A stretch of 64,000 bases of DNA from an uncultured Chloroflexia bacterium (lineage in GTDB: Bacteria; Chloroflexota; Limnocylindria; Limnocylindrales; CSP1-4): NCBI GenBank assembly GCA_963812745.1, contig CAWEWE010000004.1:188760-252759 (forward strand). Direction: 5' to 3'. Position numbers and translations under genes: made by a program. Position 1 is the first letter of the stretch. Each line of letters starts with the position of its first letter. This document shows, piece by piece, positions 39,846 through 48,988 of this stretch. A model generated the notes under the pieces. It did not search any database. It was not told the DNA's origin and saw only the letters and a program-made list of their open reading frames with translations.

Positions 39846-41839
39846 CGGCAGCCCTACCGCCGACCGCTGCGACGACCGCATATCTGCCCCGGGGCGAGCT
39901 CGACCGTCTTCTCGCCGTGCTCAACGCCGACGGACGCACGGTCGTCGGTCCGACCATCCGCGATGGTGCCGTCGTGTACGCGGAGATCGCCGATGCCAGC
40001 CAACTTCCCGTCGGCTGGCGGGCTGACAGCGCGCCTGGCAGCTATCGGCTGGAGACCACCGCGCGCGATCGAGCCTTCGACTACGGCATCGCGGTGACCG
40101 CGTGGAAGCGGTTCACCCACCCGCCGCGCGTCCCACTCACGACGACGGGCCAGGACGGGCTCGTCGAGCCGGTCGAGCCGGATGTGCCGCGCGTGGCGTT
40201 CATCGGCGTGCGCGCCTGCGAACTGGCCGCGCTGGACATCCAGGAGCGTGTGTTTCGTGCCGGGCCCGCAGGTGACGCCGACCATGCCGCCCGGCGTGAG
40301 GCGAGCCTCGTGGTGGCCGTCGAGTGCGCGGTCGCGATGTCGACCTGTTTCTGCACGTCGATGGGCACGGGACCGGAGGTCAGCGACGACGCGGACATCG
40401 TCCTTGCCGAGCTCGACGACGGCTTCACGGTCCGGGCGCTGACGCCGGCGGGTGAGCGGATCGTCGCGATGCTTGGGCTTGGAGAGGCCTCGGTCGCACA
40501 GATCCGGTCCGCGGCCGCGCAGGTGGCCGGCGTCCGCGCCTGGATCGGCGACCCGGTACCCACCGAAGGGCTCGCGGAACGCCTGCGCGCCGCGCCCGAA
40601 CATCCCCGCTGGGCCGAGGTCGCGGAACGGTGCCTCGCGTGCACCAACTGCACGCTGGTCTGCCCGACCTGCTTCTGCACGAGCGTCAGCGTCAGCTCGG
40701 ATCTCGACGGCGTCAGCGGCGCGACCGAGCGGACATGGGATAGCTGCTTCACGCTCGGGTTCGGCCGGGTGGCTGGCGGTGCCAACTTCCGCCCGCGGGT
40801 CGCCGACCGCTATCGCCAGTGGCTGACCCACAAGTTCTCGACCTGGTGGGACCAGTTCGGGTCGACGGGCTGCGTGGGCTGCGGAAGGTGCATCACGTGG
40901 TGCCCGGTGGGCATCGACGTCCGCGAGGAGCTGCTCGCCATCGCGCCGCCAGGCGCCACCGCGGCGCCCGTGCCCTGGCCGCCCTCCCCCGCTGCCGGGC
41001 ACGCGCCGGCGCCGCTCGCGACCGTCGATCAGGCGCGCGATATGCCCGTCGAGGTCACCGCCGTCGGGCGTGAGACCGCCGATACCGTCACGCTCTCGCT
41101 CGCGACCGACGATCCTGGCCTGCTCGCGAGCCGCGCAGGACAGTTCGTCATGGTCGCGCGTGCCGCGCAGGCCGTGCCGCCCATCTCCATCTCACGCATC
41201 CGCTCGGATGGTCTGGACCTTACGATCCGCAAGGTGGGCCCGGCGACGGCGGCCCTCACCGCGAGCCAGCCCGGCGACCCTCTCTCGCTCCGCGGTCCGC
41301 TCGGCCGGCCGTGGCCGATCGAGTCGGCGTCCGGCGGCGACGTCGTGATCGTCGGCGGCGGCATCGGGTTGGCGCCCTTGCGACCGGTCATCGACGAGGT
41401 GATGCGCGAACGACATCGCTTCGGCGCCGTGCGCATCTACATGGGCGCGCGAACGCCGCACGACCGACTGTTCGTCGCTGAGATGGCGGCTCTCCGCGGT
41501 CGCACCGACCTGGAGCTCGAGGAGATCGTCGACCGCGGCGGACCGGAGTGGCTGGGCCGAGTCGGCGTCGTGACCCAGCTCTTCGAGCGGGCGACGTGGA
41601 CCGGCGAGCGGACCACGGCGTTCGTCTGTGGACCGGACCGGATGATGCAGGCCACGGCAAGGGCGCTCGCCGGCCGCGGCGTCGATCCGGGACGGACATG
41701 GGTGACGCTCGAGCGCAACATGGCTTGTGGGGTCGGGCTGTGCGGTCGCTGCCAGCTCGGACCGTACTTCGTCTGCCGCGACGGGCCCGTCTTCTCGGTC
41801 ACCGAGCTCGGCGACACCTTCACCGTGGAGGGTCGCTGA
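39842..41839 (+). CDS. Fused hydrogenase diaphorase subunit. The N-terminal Fe-S (HydB/AsrA-like) part is joined to a C-terminal FAD/NAD(P)-binding [2Fe-2S] (HydG/AsrB-like) part.
   Basis: Ferredoxin-type motifs CLACTNCTLVCPTCFC and CVGCGRCITWCP. An FNR-like fold (GGGIGLAPLRPV). C-terminal [2Fe-2S] motif CGVGLCGRC. Confidence 0.7.
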   Translation: MTAALPPTAATTAYLPRGELDRLLAVLNADGRTVVGPTIRDGAVVYAEIADASQLPVGWRADSAPGSYRLETTARDRAFDYGIAVTAWKRFTHPPRVPLTTTGQDGLVEPVEPDVPRVAFIGVRACELAALDIQERVFRAGPAGDADHAARREASLVVAVECAVAMSTCFCTSMGTGPEVSDDADIVLAELDDGFTVRALTPAGERIVAMLGLGEASVAQIRSAAAQVAGVRAWIGDPVPTEGLAERLRAAPEHPRWAEVAERCLACTNCTLVCPTCFCTSVSVSSDLDGVSGATERTWDSCFTLGFGRVAGGANFRPRVADRYRQWLTHKFSTWWDQFGSTGCVGCGRCITWCPVGIDVREELLAIAPPGATAAPVPWPPSPAAGHAPAPLATVDQARDMPVEVTAVGRETADTVTLSLATDDPGLLASRAGQFVMVARAAQAVPPISISRIRSDGLDLTIRKVGPATAALTASQPGDPLSLRGPLGRPWPIESASGGDVVIVGGGIGLAPLRPVIDEVMRERHRFGAVRIYMGARTPHDRLFVAEMAALRGRTDLELEEIVDRGGPEWLGRVGVVTQLFERATWTGERTTAFVCGPDRMMQATARALAGRGVDPGRTWVTLERNMACGVGLCGRCQLGPYFVCRDGPVFSVTELGDTFTVEGR

Positions 41840-42687
41840 TGCTGGCCTCGACAGCACCCCGTCAGGTCGCCCGGCACCGACCGCGTATCGGGGTGGTCAA
41901 GTTCGCGTCGTGCGACGGCTGCCAGCTGACGTTGCTCGACCTCGAGGATGACCTGCTGGCCATCGCCGACCGCGTCGACATCGTCGAGTTTGCCGAGGCT
42001 ACCTCGAACCGCTCATCCGGGCCGTTCGACATCCTGTTCGTCGAAGGCTCCATCAGCACGCTGGAGCAGGCGGAGGAGATCGTCCGGTTGCGGGGGGCGG
42101 CGACGACGCTCGTGACGATCGGGGCATGTGCCACGTCGGGCGGCATCCAGGCGCTGCGCAACTGGGCGGATCACGACGCGATCCGGTCGCTCGTGTACCC
42201 GCGACCGGACTACGTGGAGTCGCTCGCCACCGCCACGCCGATCGCCGATCACGTAGCGGTCGACGCGGAGCTGCGCGGCTGCCCCATCTCGCCCGACCAG
42301 CTGCGCGAGTTCGTCACCGCCACGCTCGTGCGACGCCGTCCGAACCTACCGGACGAGGCGCTCTGCGCTGAGTGCAAGCGGCGTGGCGTGGTGTGCGTGG
42401 CGGTCGCCGATGGCGTCACTTGCCTCGGCCCCATCACCAGGAGCGGCTGTGGCGCTCTGTGCCCAGCGTTCGGACGGGGGTGCTACGGCTGCTTCGGGCC
42501 ACGCGAGGGGGCCAACGGCCCGGGCCTCGCTGTCTGGCTTGGACGCACGAACGACGACGCCGACATCGCTCGCGCATTCGCCCTGTTCAACGCCTGGGCG
42601 CCGCCGTTCCGGAGCGTCATCGACGACGCGGGCGGCCCCCCAGGCCCCATCGACGGGTCGCCACCAAAGGAGCAACCCGATGCATGA
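41839..42687 (+). CDS. [NiFe]-hydrogenase small subunit (group 3 type)
   Basis: Proximal cluster motif FASCDGCQ and ...GACATSGG.... C-terminal Cys-rich cluster-binding region CAECKRRGVVCV...CLGPITRSGCGALCP. Confidence 0.75.
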   Translation: MLASTAPRQVARHRPRIGVVKFASCDGCQLTLLDLEDDLLAIADRVDIVEFAEATSNRSSGPFDILFVEGSISTLEQAEEIVRLRGAATTLVTIGACATSGGIQALRNWADHDAIRSLVYPRPDYVESLATATPIADHVAVDAELRGCPISPDQLREFVTATLVRRRPNLPDEALCAECKRRGVVCVAVADGVTCLGPITRSGCGALCPAFGRGCYGCFGPREGANGPGLAVWLGRTNDDADIARAFALFNAWAPPFRSVIDDAGGPPGPIDGSPPKEQPDA

Positions 42688-44002
42688 CGCCGTCGTGGCC
42701 CCGGGCGGCAGCGATCTCACCGTCGACGTGCGCAACCTGACCCGCGTCGAGGGCGAAGGGTCGCTGCACCTGCGGGTACGCGACGGCGCCGTCGAATCCG
42801 CACGCCTGGAGATCTTCGAGGCGCCGCGCTACTTCGAGCGACTCGTCGTCGGCCGGTCGATGGACGAGGTCATCGACATCGTGGCCCGCATCTGCGGCAT
42901 CTGCCCCGTCGCCTATCAGATGACCGCGGTCCACGCGGCCGAGGCCGCGTTCGGGATCACGGTCGATCCGGCGACGGTCGCGCTGCGTCGCCTGCTCTAC
43001 TGCGGCGAGTGGATCGAGAGCCACGCGCTCCACATCTACCTGCTTCACCTGCCGGATCTGCTCGGCTACCCGAGCGCGCTCGACCTCGCGCAGCACGATC
43101 GGGCGACGGTGGAAGGCGGGCTGCGGCTCAAGCGCGCCGGCAACACGATCGTGTCGCGCATCGGCGGTCGGGCGATCCACCCGGTGTCCGTTCGGGTCGG
43201 CGGGTTCTCGCGCGTCATCCGGCGCGACGAGATCGCGCCACTCCGCGCCGACCTGGAGGAGGCACAACGGCTGGCCGATGCGACGATCGACCTCGTCGCG
43301 GGCCTTCAACCGCCACCGTTCCGGCGGGAAGCGCGTCTCGTCGCGTTGCGTGCCGCTGACGAGTACCCGATGAACCATGGCCGCATCGTGTCGAACGACG
43401 GGCTCGACATCCCCGCGTCGGCGTGGGAGTCGATGTTCGAAGAGCGGCAGGTACCGTGGTCGCACGCTCTCCAGGCGCTGAGCCGCGACGGGCGCCCCTA
43501 CCTGCTCGGTCCGTCGTCGCGTGTGACGCTCGACAGCGACCGCCTGCATCCCCGGGCCGCAGACGCACTCGCTCGCCTGGATCTCGCCGACCGCATCGCT
43601 CACGAGCCAAACTGGAGCATCGCGGCGCGGGCTGTCGAGCTGGTCCACTCGGTGGCGGTGGCACTCGACATCGTCGATGCCTATGAGCCGCCGGCGGCGG
43701 GCGCGCTGCCGTGGCTGCCTAGCCCCGGGGTCGCCGCCTGGGCGACCGAGGCGCCACGAGGCCTGCTGTTCCAGCGGTTCCGACTCGACGGCGACGGTCG
43801 CGTCATGGAAGCCCGCATCGTCCCGCCGACCAGCCAGAACCAGGCGGCCATCGAGGCCGACCTGGCGCTCTTCGCGCCGACGATCCTGGATCGTCCGCAC
43901 GCCGAGGTGACGCACCTCCTCGAGGCGCTCATCCGCAGCTACGACCCGTGCATCAGTTGTGCGACGCACTTCCTGGATCTCGAGGTGGAGGACCTGCCAT
44001 GA
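42680..44002 (+). CDS. [NiFe]-hydrogenase large subunit
   Basis: N-terminal Ni-binding RICGICP and C-terminal DPCISCATH motifs. AAGGAG SD. An 8-nt overlap with the small subunit. Confidence 0.85.
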   Translation: MHDAVVAPGGSDLTVDVRNLTRVEGEGSLHLRVRDGAVESARLEIFEAPRYFERLVVGRSMDEVIDIVARICGICPVAYQMTAVHAAEAAFGITVDPATVALRRLLYCGEWIESHALHIYLLHLPDLLGYPSALDLAQHDRATVEGGLRLKRAGNTIVSRIGGRAIHPVSVRVGGFSRVIRRDEIAPLRADLEEAQRLADATIDLVAGLQPPPFRREARLVALRAADEYPMNHGRIVSNDGLDIPASAWESMFEERQVPWSHALQALSRDGRPYLLGPSSRVTLDSDRLHPRAADALARLDLADRIAHEPNWSIAARAVELVHSVAVALDIVDAYEPPAAGALPWLPSPGVAAWATEAPRGLLFQRFRLDGDGRVMEARIVPPTSQNQAAIEADLALFAPTILDRPHAEVTHLLEALIRSYDPCISCATHFLDLEVEDLP

Positions 44003-44568
44003 CTGCCGTACTCGACATCGCCCCGGCCGTTCGTCCACCGGACATCCATGACGGTCTGGACGTCGGCCCACCCGTCCCCACGATCCTCGTCGAGGTCCTC
44101 GCGTGCGGTGCACCCGATCGCGGCGATGACGCTGCCGGGGTGATCGCCGTCGGACGGCTCGCCGATGCGCTGCCCGACGACGTCCGCACGCGGATCGTCG
44201 GTCAGCTCGATATCGACGATCTCCTGGCCGTCCCGGCGGGCGCCGGGGCGATCGTCGTGGATACCGCCCTCGGCGTCGACCCAGGCTGGATCGTCGAGAT
44301 CCCATTCAGCGGACTCGCTGGCCGCGAGTCAGGCATCCGCCCGCGGTCATCACACGCACTCTCGATCCCCGAGACCATCGCCGTCGCTTCGATCATCCGC
44401 GGCCGACCGCTGCCCGGGATGGTCGTGGCCATCGGCGGCATCGACTTCGGGCTTGGGGAGGCGCTGAGCTGGCCGGTCACCGCGGCGATGGACGCCTTCG
44501 TCCTGGCGATCGACGACGCGATCAGACGCGTCCGGGCGCTTGTCGTGGGCACCACACCGGCGCGCTGA
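43999..44568 (+). CDS. Hydrogenase maturation endopeptidase (HycI/HoxW family)
   Basis: ILVEVLACGAPDRGDDAAG...AIVVDTALG matches the protease pattern (GN..xxDDG ... D[AT]). ATGA overlap with the large subunit stop. Confidence 0.65.
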   Translation: MTAVLDIAPAVRPPDIHDGLDVGPPVPTILVEVLACGAPDRGDDAAGVIAVGRLADALPDDVRTRIVGQLDIDDLLAVPAGAGAIVVDTALGVDPGWIVEIPFSGLAGRESGIRPRSSHALSIPETIAVASIIRGRPLPGMVVAIGGIDFGLGEALSWPVTAAMDAFVLAIDDAIRRVRALVVGTTPAR

Positions 44569-44583
44569 CCGGTCCCTGGTGGG

Positions 44584-44601
44584 CCGTGCCGAACGGCACG
44601 G
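44584..44601 (+). terminator. Weak hairpin (CCGTGCCG-AA-CGGCACGG) between the hydrogenase operon and the PFOR operon
   Basis: Seen in sequence. The loop is very tight, and the function is uncertain. Confidence 0.25.
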
Positions 44602-44656
44602 AGTAACGGGCCGGACGCCACATTCGTCCCGGTGACGGCCCCGGCACGCTTGGACC

Positions 44657-46648
44657 ATGAGCAACGGTTCGTTGCGGCCGACAGTCCGTTACCCCGGCAT
44701 CCCCTCGATCGTCGACGGATCCGAGGCGATCGCCCACGTCGAGACGCGCTTGTCCGAGGTGGCCTGCGCGTACCCGATCACGCCGTCGACCACGATGGCC
44801 GCCGTGTTCCAGTCGGCCGTGGCCAATGGCCTAACGAATCTCTGGGACACGCCCCTGCGGTTCGTGGAGCCCGAGTCCGAGCACAGCTCCGCGTCGGCTG
44901 CCGAGGGCGTCGCGCTGGCCGGCGGTCGCGTCACCAACTTCACGGCTGGCCAGGGGCTGGTGCTGATGAAGGAGGTCCTGTACGTCATCAGCGGCAAGCG
45001 GCTGCCCGTGGTGTTCCACGTCGGCGCTCGGGCGCTGACCAGCCAGGCGCTCAACATCCACGCCGGTCACGACGACGTGATGGCGGTGGCCGACACGGGC
45101 TGGGGGATCCTGTTCGCCCGGAACGCCCAGGAGGCCGCGGACCTGACCGCCATCGCTCGCCGCGTCGCCGAGGCGACCGAGACGCCGTTCTTCGTCGTCC
45201 AGGACGGGTTCCTCACGACCCACACGCTCGAGAACGTCCTGCTCCCCGAGGACGAGTTGCTGCGCGAGTTCGTCGGCGACCCGCGACAGCGGATCCGCTC
45301 GATGTTCGAGCCGGCCGAGGCGCTGATGACCGGTGTCGTCGAGAACCAGGACAGCTACATGAAGGGCCGCATCGGCCAACGCGCCTATTACGACCGGATC
45401 CGTCCGGCCCTGGACGAGGCGTTCGCACTCTGGGCTTCATTGACGGGCCGGACCTACCTCCATGTTCGTGACCATCGGTGCAGCGATGCGGACGAGATCG
45501 TCGTCTCGATGGGCACGATCGACGACACCGCGGTAGCCGTGGTCGATGCGCTTCGAGGCGAGGGTCGGTCGGTGGGCTGCGCCGCGGTCACGACCTTCCG
45601 GCCATTCCCCGCGGCGGATCTCCGGCGCATCCTCCGACGGGCGCGAACGGTCGGGGTCGTCGAGCGAACGGATGAGCCCGCGGCAGCCGACAACCCGCTG
45701 ACCCGCGAGACGAAGGCCGTGTTGTACGGCGCCGCCGCCGAAGGCGTTATGGTGCCGCGGGTCCTGTCGGTGTCGGCCGGCCTCGGGTCGCGCGACGTCG
45801 GCGCGGGCGATCTCGCCGCAGTGTTCGACTGGCTTTCCCAACACGGCGAACGCGCGCGCGACTACGCCGTGGTCGGCATCCGCCATCCGCTGGCGCTGCC
45901 AGCCCGTCCGATCGACGTGCGGCCCACAGGGGCGTACTCGCTGCGCGGACACTCGATCGGCGGCTTTGGCTCGGTGACGACGAACAAGCTCATCGCCACG
46001 ATCGTCGGCGAGGTCTTCGGCAAGCACGTCCAGGCGTATCCGCGCTACGGCTCGGAGAAGAAGGGCCTCCCGACGACGTACTACCTCACGATCGCGGACG
46101 AGCCGATCCACACGCACGCCGAGCTCGACCGGGTCGATATCGTCCCGCTTCACGACGTATCGGCCTTCGGCCTGGGCGATCCGCTCGCGGGTCTGGTCGA
46201 CGGCGGCACGCTCTTCCTCCAGTCGGTGCTGACCGACCCGGCGGCCATCTGGGCGTCGATCCCGGTCGTCGCGCGGGCCGACATCGTCCGCCGCCGGATC
46301 CGGGTGACCGCGCTCGACACCGCAGGCCTGGCTCGGGCCAGATCGCCTCGCCCGGATCTTGTTCTGCGGATGCAGGGCATCGCGTTGGTCGGCGTCTTCC
46401 TGCGGGTAGCGCCATTCGCCGCCGAAGCCGGCCTCGATCGGCGAGCACTGCTGGCGGCCGTCGGCGAGCGGCTCGGCCGTTTCTTCGGCAAGCGCGGTCG
46501 CGCCGTGGTGGACGCCAACCTCGAGCTGGTCACTGCCGCCTACGACAGCGTGATCGACGTCAGCCAGGCGCTGGGTCTGCCAGCGGGTGTCGAGCGTCAT
46601 GTCACCGTCCGCACCCAGCCACCGAGCCTGATCGGAGCCACGCCATGA
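44657..46648 (+). CDS. Pyruvate (2-oxoacid):ferredoxin oxidoreductase, fused alpha (PorA) and gamma (PorG) domains
   Basis: GSEAIAHVETRLSEVACAYPITPST (POR N-terminal), ...TAGQGLVLM..., and a gamma-domain C-terminal half. Length 663 aa. Confidence 0.8.
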   Translation: MSNGSLRPTVRYPGIPSIVDGSEAIAHVETRLSEVACAYPITPSTTMAAVFQSAVANGLTNLWDTPLRFVEPESEHSSASAAEGVALAGGRVTNFTAGQGLVLMKEVLYVISGKRLPVVFHVGARALTSQALNIHAGHDDVMAVADTGWGILFARNAQEAADLTAIARRVAEATETPFFVVQDGFLTTHTLENVLLPEDELLREFVGDPRQRIRSMFEPAEALMTGVVENQDSYMKGRIGQRAYYDRIRPALDEAFALWASLTGRTYLHVRDHRCSDADEIVVSMGTIDDTAVAVVDALRGEGRSVGCAAVTTFRPFPAADLRRILRRARTVGVVERTDEPAAADNPLTRETKAVLYGAAAEGVMVPRVLSVSAGLGSRDVGAGDLAAVFDWLSQHGERARDYAVVGIRHPLALPARPIDVRPTGAYSLRGHSIGGFGSVTTNKLIATIVGEVFGKHVQAYPRYGSEKKGLPTTYYLTIADEPIHTHAELDRVDIVPLHDVSAFGLGDPLAGLVDGGTLFLQSVLTDPAAIWASIPVVARADIVRRRIRVTALDTAGLARARSPRPDLVLRMQGIALVGVFLRVAPFAAEAGLDRRALLAAVGERLGRFFGKRGRAVVDANLELVTAAYDSVIDVSQALGLPAGVERHVTVRTQPPSLIGATP

Positions 46649-47073
46649 ACGCGAGTCCACAGACCGGTCGCCCGGTGACCGTTGGCGACCTGATGGCGAA
46701 CGATCCGATCGTGGTCCGCCCCGACGCCTCCCTGACCGCTGCGGCCCGACTCATGGACGAGTACGACATCAGCGGGCTCCCGGTGGTCGCCCCGGCCGGC
46801 CGGGTGATCGGGGTGATCAGCGAGACGGACCTGGTCCGCGCGCGCGCCACGGAATGGCTGTGGGCGAACTGGACGGGGCTCAAGGTCAGTCACCTCATGT
46901 CCAGCCCGCCACTCACCATCGGACGGTCCGCCTCCCTCCAGACCGCGGCGATCAAGATGGAGGACAACCACGTGCATCGGCTCGTCGTGGTCGCCGATGA
47001 TGATCCGCAGCTCCCGATCGGCGTCATCTCGACCAGTGACGTCGTACGCGCCCTCACGGGGGGCGACAGATGA
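46645..47073 (+). CDS. CBS-domain pair protein
   Basis: Two CBS motifs (VTVGDLMANDPIVVRPDASL...; VSHLMSSPPLTIGRSASL...HRLVVV). Both the start and the stop overlap the PFOR genes by 4 nt. Confidence 0.7.
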   Translation: MNASPQTGRPVTVGDLMANDPIVVRPDASLTAAARLMDEYDISGLPVVAPAGRVIGVISETDLVRARATEWLWANWTGLKVSHLMSSPPLTIGRSASLQTAAIKMEDNHVHRLVVVADDDPQLPIGVISTSDVVRALTGGDR

Positions 47074-48758
47074 CCGCCGACCTGCGATCCCCACTGACGA
47101 AGGAGGCCGGAGCCCTCAAGGAGCAGCACGAGGCCGAGCTCGCGATCGCGACCCCGCTGTTCGATATCCAGTCGTACGTCGAGGAGTTCGGCGCATCGAT
47201 CGTTCCGGCCTACCGCCGTGGTGTGGCGGACGAGGAGTGGCCCGCGGACGTCGGCCTCGCGCGGAGCGTCATCCCACCCGGCACGGCCGCGGTCCGTGAC
47301 TTCAGTCGGCTCGCGCCCCGCCTGCCGCAGTTCGTTGCCGAGCGATGCGTCGGCTGCATGGCGTGCGTCAGCGCCTGCCCCGACAGCGCGATCCTGGGGA
47401 TCGCCGTTCCCGAGGGAGACCTCGCGGAGCGCGTCGCCACGTTCGCCGCCGAGGAGCGCACGCCAGACGTTGCCGGTGAGTCGGCACAGGCACATTTCGT
47501 CCATACAGCCAAGTACGCGGAGGTCCCCGCGAAGCGCGGCCTCGAACCGGCGAGCTTCGGGATCTTCATCGAGCCGATCCACTGCAAGGGCTGCGCCGAG
47601 TGCGTCGAGGTATGTGCGGCGCTGGGCCATGACGCCCTGTTCATGGCAGACAAGTCGGACGAGGATGCGACCGGCGAGACCGTGCTCGACCGTGCGATGC
47701 GCGACATGCGCTTCTTCCGATCGCTGCCGCCGACACCTCCGGCATACCGCAACGAGAAGGCCCTCGCCGACCTGATGCTGGGCGAGCATGCGATCGGGTA
47801 TGTCGGCGGCGCCGGCTCGTGCGCGGGCTGCGCGGAAGCGTCGGCGATCCGGATGATGGTCGCGGCGACGCGGCAGGTCCACGGCCCGGAGTCGATGGGC
47901 ATCGTCGCCGCGACGGGCTGCAACAGCGTCTTCGGGAGCACGTATCCGTTCAATCCATACCTCGTCCCATGGACGAACTCGTTGTTCGAGAACGCGCCGG
48001 CGGTGGCGGCCGGGATCCGCGCCCGCTGGGACCAGGCGGGCCACCCGGAGCGCAAGTTGTGGGTGATGGGCGGCGACGGGGCGATGTACGACATCGGCTT
48101 CCAGGCGTTGTCCCGGATGGTTGCCTCGGGCGCCGACATCAACGTCCTCGTGCTGGACACGCAGGTCTACTCCAACACCGGCGGGCAGGCGTCGACAGCG
48201 TCCTTCGGCGGTCAGGTCACCAAGCTGACCGCGTTCGGTTCGGCAGAGCATGGGCGTCCCGAGGCGCGCAAGGAGCTGGGCCGGATCCTGATGGCGCACG
48301 GCAACGCCTATGTCGCCCAGACGACGCCCGCCCACCTGAACCACTTCTACCGCTCGGTGATGGAGGCGAACGCCTTTCCGGGCCCCGCGGTCGTCATCGT
48401 CCATACGGCGTGCATGCCGGAGCACGGCATCGCCGACGACGCGGCGTCGCGGCAGGCCAAGCTGGCCGTCGACTCGCGGGCGTTCCCGCTCTTCACGTAC
48501 GACCCGCGGCGCGGCACGACATTCGCCGAGCGGCTGTCGCTCCAGGGCAACCCCGCCTTGCGCGAGGACTGGTCGGCGCTACCGGGCGGGCAACGCATCG
48601 ACTTCCTGACCTTCGCCCGATCCGAGGGCCGGTTCGGTCCGCACTTCGGGACGGACGGCGCGCCGAGCGTGGAGATCCAGGCGACGCAGGCGGACCGCCT
48701 GGCCAACTGGCGGACGCTCCAGGAGTGGGCCGGCTTTCGCCCGACGGAGGCTGGCTGA
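47070..48758 (+). CDS. Pyruvate:ferredoxin oxidoreductase, fused delta (2x[4Fe-4S]) and beta (TPP-binding) domains
   Basis: CVGCMACVSACP and CKGCAECVEVC ferredoxin motifs. TPP motif GDGAMYDIGFQAL...VLDTQVYSNTGGQ. Confidence 0.85.
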   Translation: MTADLRSPLTKEAGALKEQHEAELAIATPLFDIQSYVEEFGASIVPAYRRGVADEEWPADVGLARSVIPPGTAAVRDFSRLAPRLPQFVAERCVGCMACVSACPDSAILGIAVPEGDLAERVATFAAEERTPDVAGESAQAHFVHTAKYAEVPAKRGLEPASFGIFIEPIHCKGCAECVEVCAALGHDALFMADKSDEDATGETVLDRAMRDMRFFRSLPPTPPAYRNEKALADLMLGEHAIGYVGGAGSCAGCAEASAIRMMVAATRQVHGPESMGIVAATGCNSVFGSTYPFNPYLVPWTNSLFENAPAVAAGIRARWDQAGHPERKLWVMGGDGAMYDIGFQALSRMVASGADINVLVLDTQVYSNTGGQASTASFGGQVTKLTAFGSAEHGRPEARKELGRILMAHGNAYVAQTTPAHLNHFYRSVMEANAFPGPAVVIVHTACMPEHGIADDAASRQAKLAVDSRAFPLFTYDPRRGTTFAERLSLQGNPALREDWSALPGGQRIDFLTFARSEGRFGPHFGTDGAPSVEIQATQADRLANWRTLQEWAGFRPTEAG

Positions 48759-48988
48759 TGTGCCTGACGTTCCCGGGTGAGGTGGTCGCGCTGGACGGCC
48801 TGGAGGCCGTCGTCCTGACGGACGGCCGGCTCCGTCGGGCAACCACCCTGGGCCTACCAGACGCCGCGGTCGGCGACCGGGTCGTCGTGGCCGCCGGATC
48901 GATCATCGCCCGACTCGACACCCAGCAAGCGGATGACATCGAGCGACTCGTCCGGGTCGCGCGAGGAGACGAAGGAGCAACGACATGA
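48758..48988 (+). CDS. hypC: Hydrogenase maturation factor HypC/HupF
   Basis: Begins MCLTFPGEVV, matching the HypC signature MC(L/I)(A/G)(I/V)P. 76 aa. The start overlaps the PFOR stop. Confidence 0.7.
   Translation: MCLTFPGEVVALDGLEAVVLTDGRLRRATTLGLPDAAVGDRVVVAAGSIIARLDTQQADDIERLVRVARGDEGATT

Noticed and set aside
42617-44305. A 562-aa minus-strand ORF
   Set aside because: It is antisense to the [NiFe]-hydrogenase large subunit and endopeptidase genes.
45437-48425. Minus-strand ORFs of 407 and 511 aa
   Set aside because: They are antisense to the PFOR alpha/gamma and delta/beta genes.
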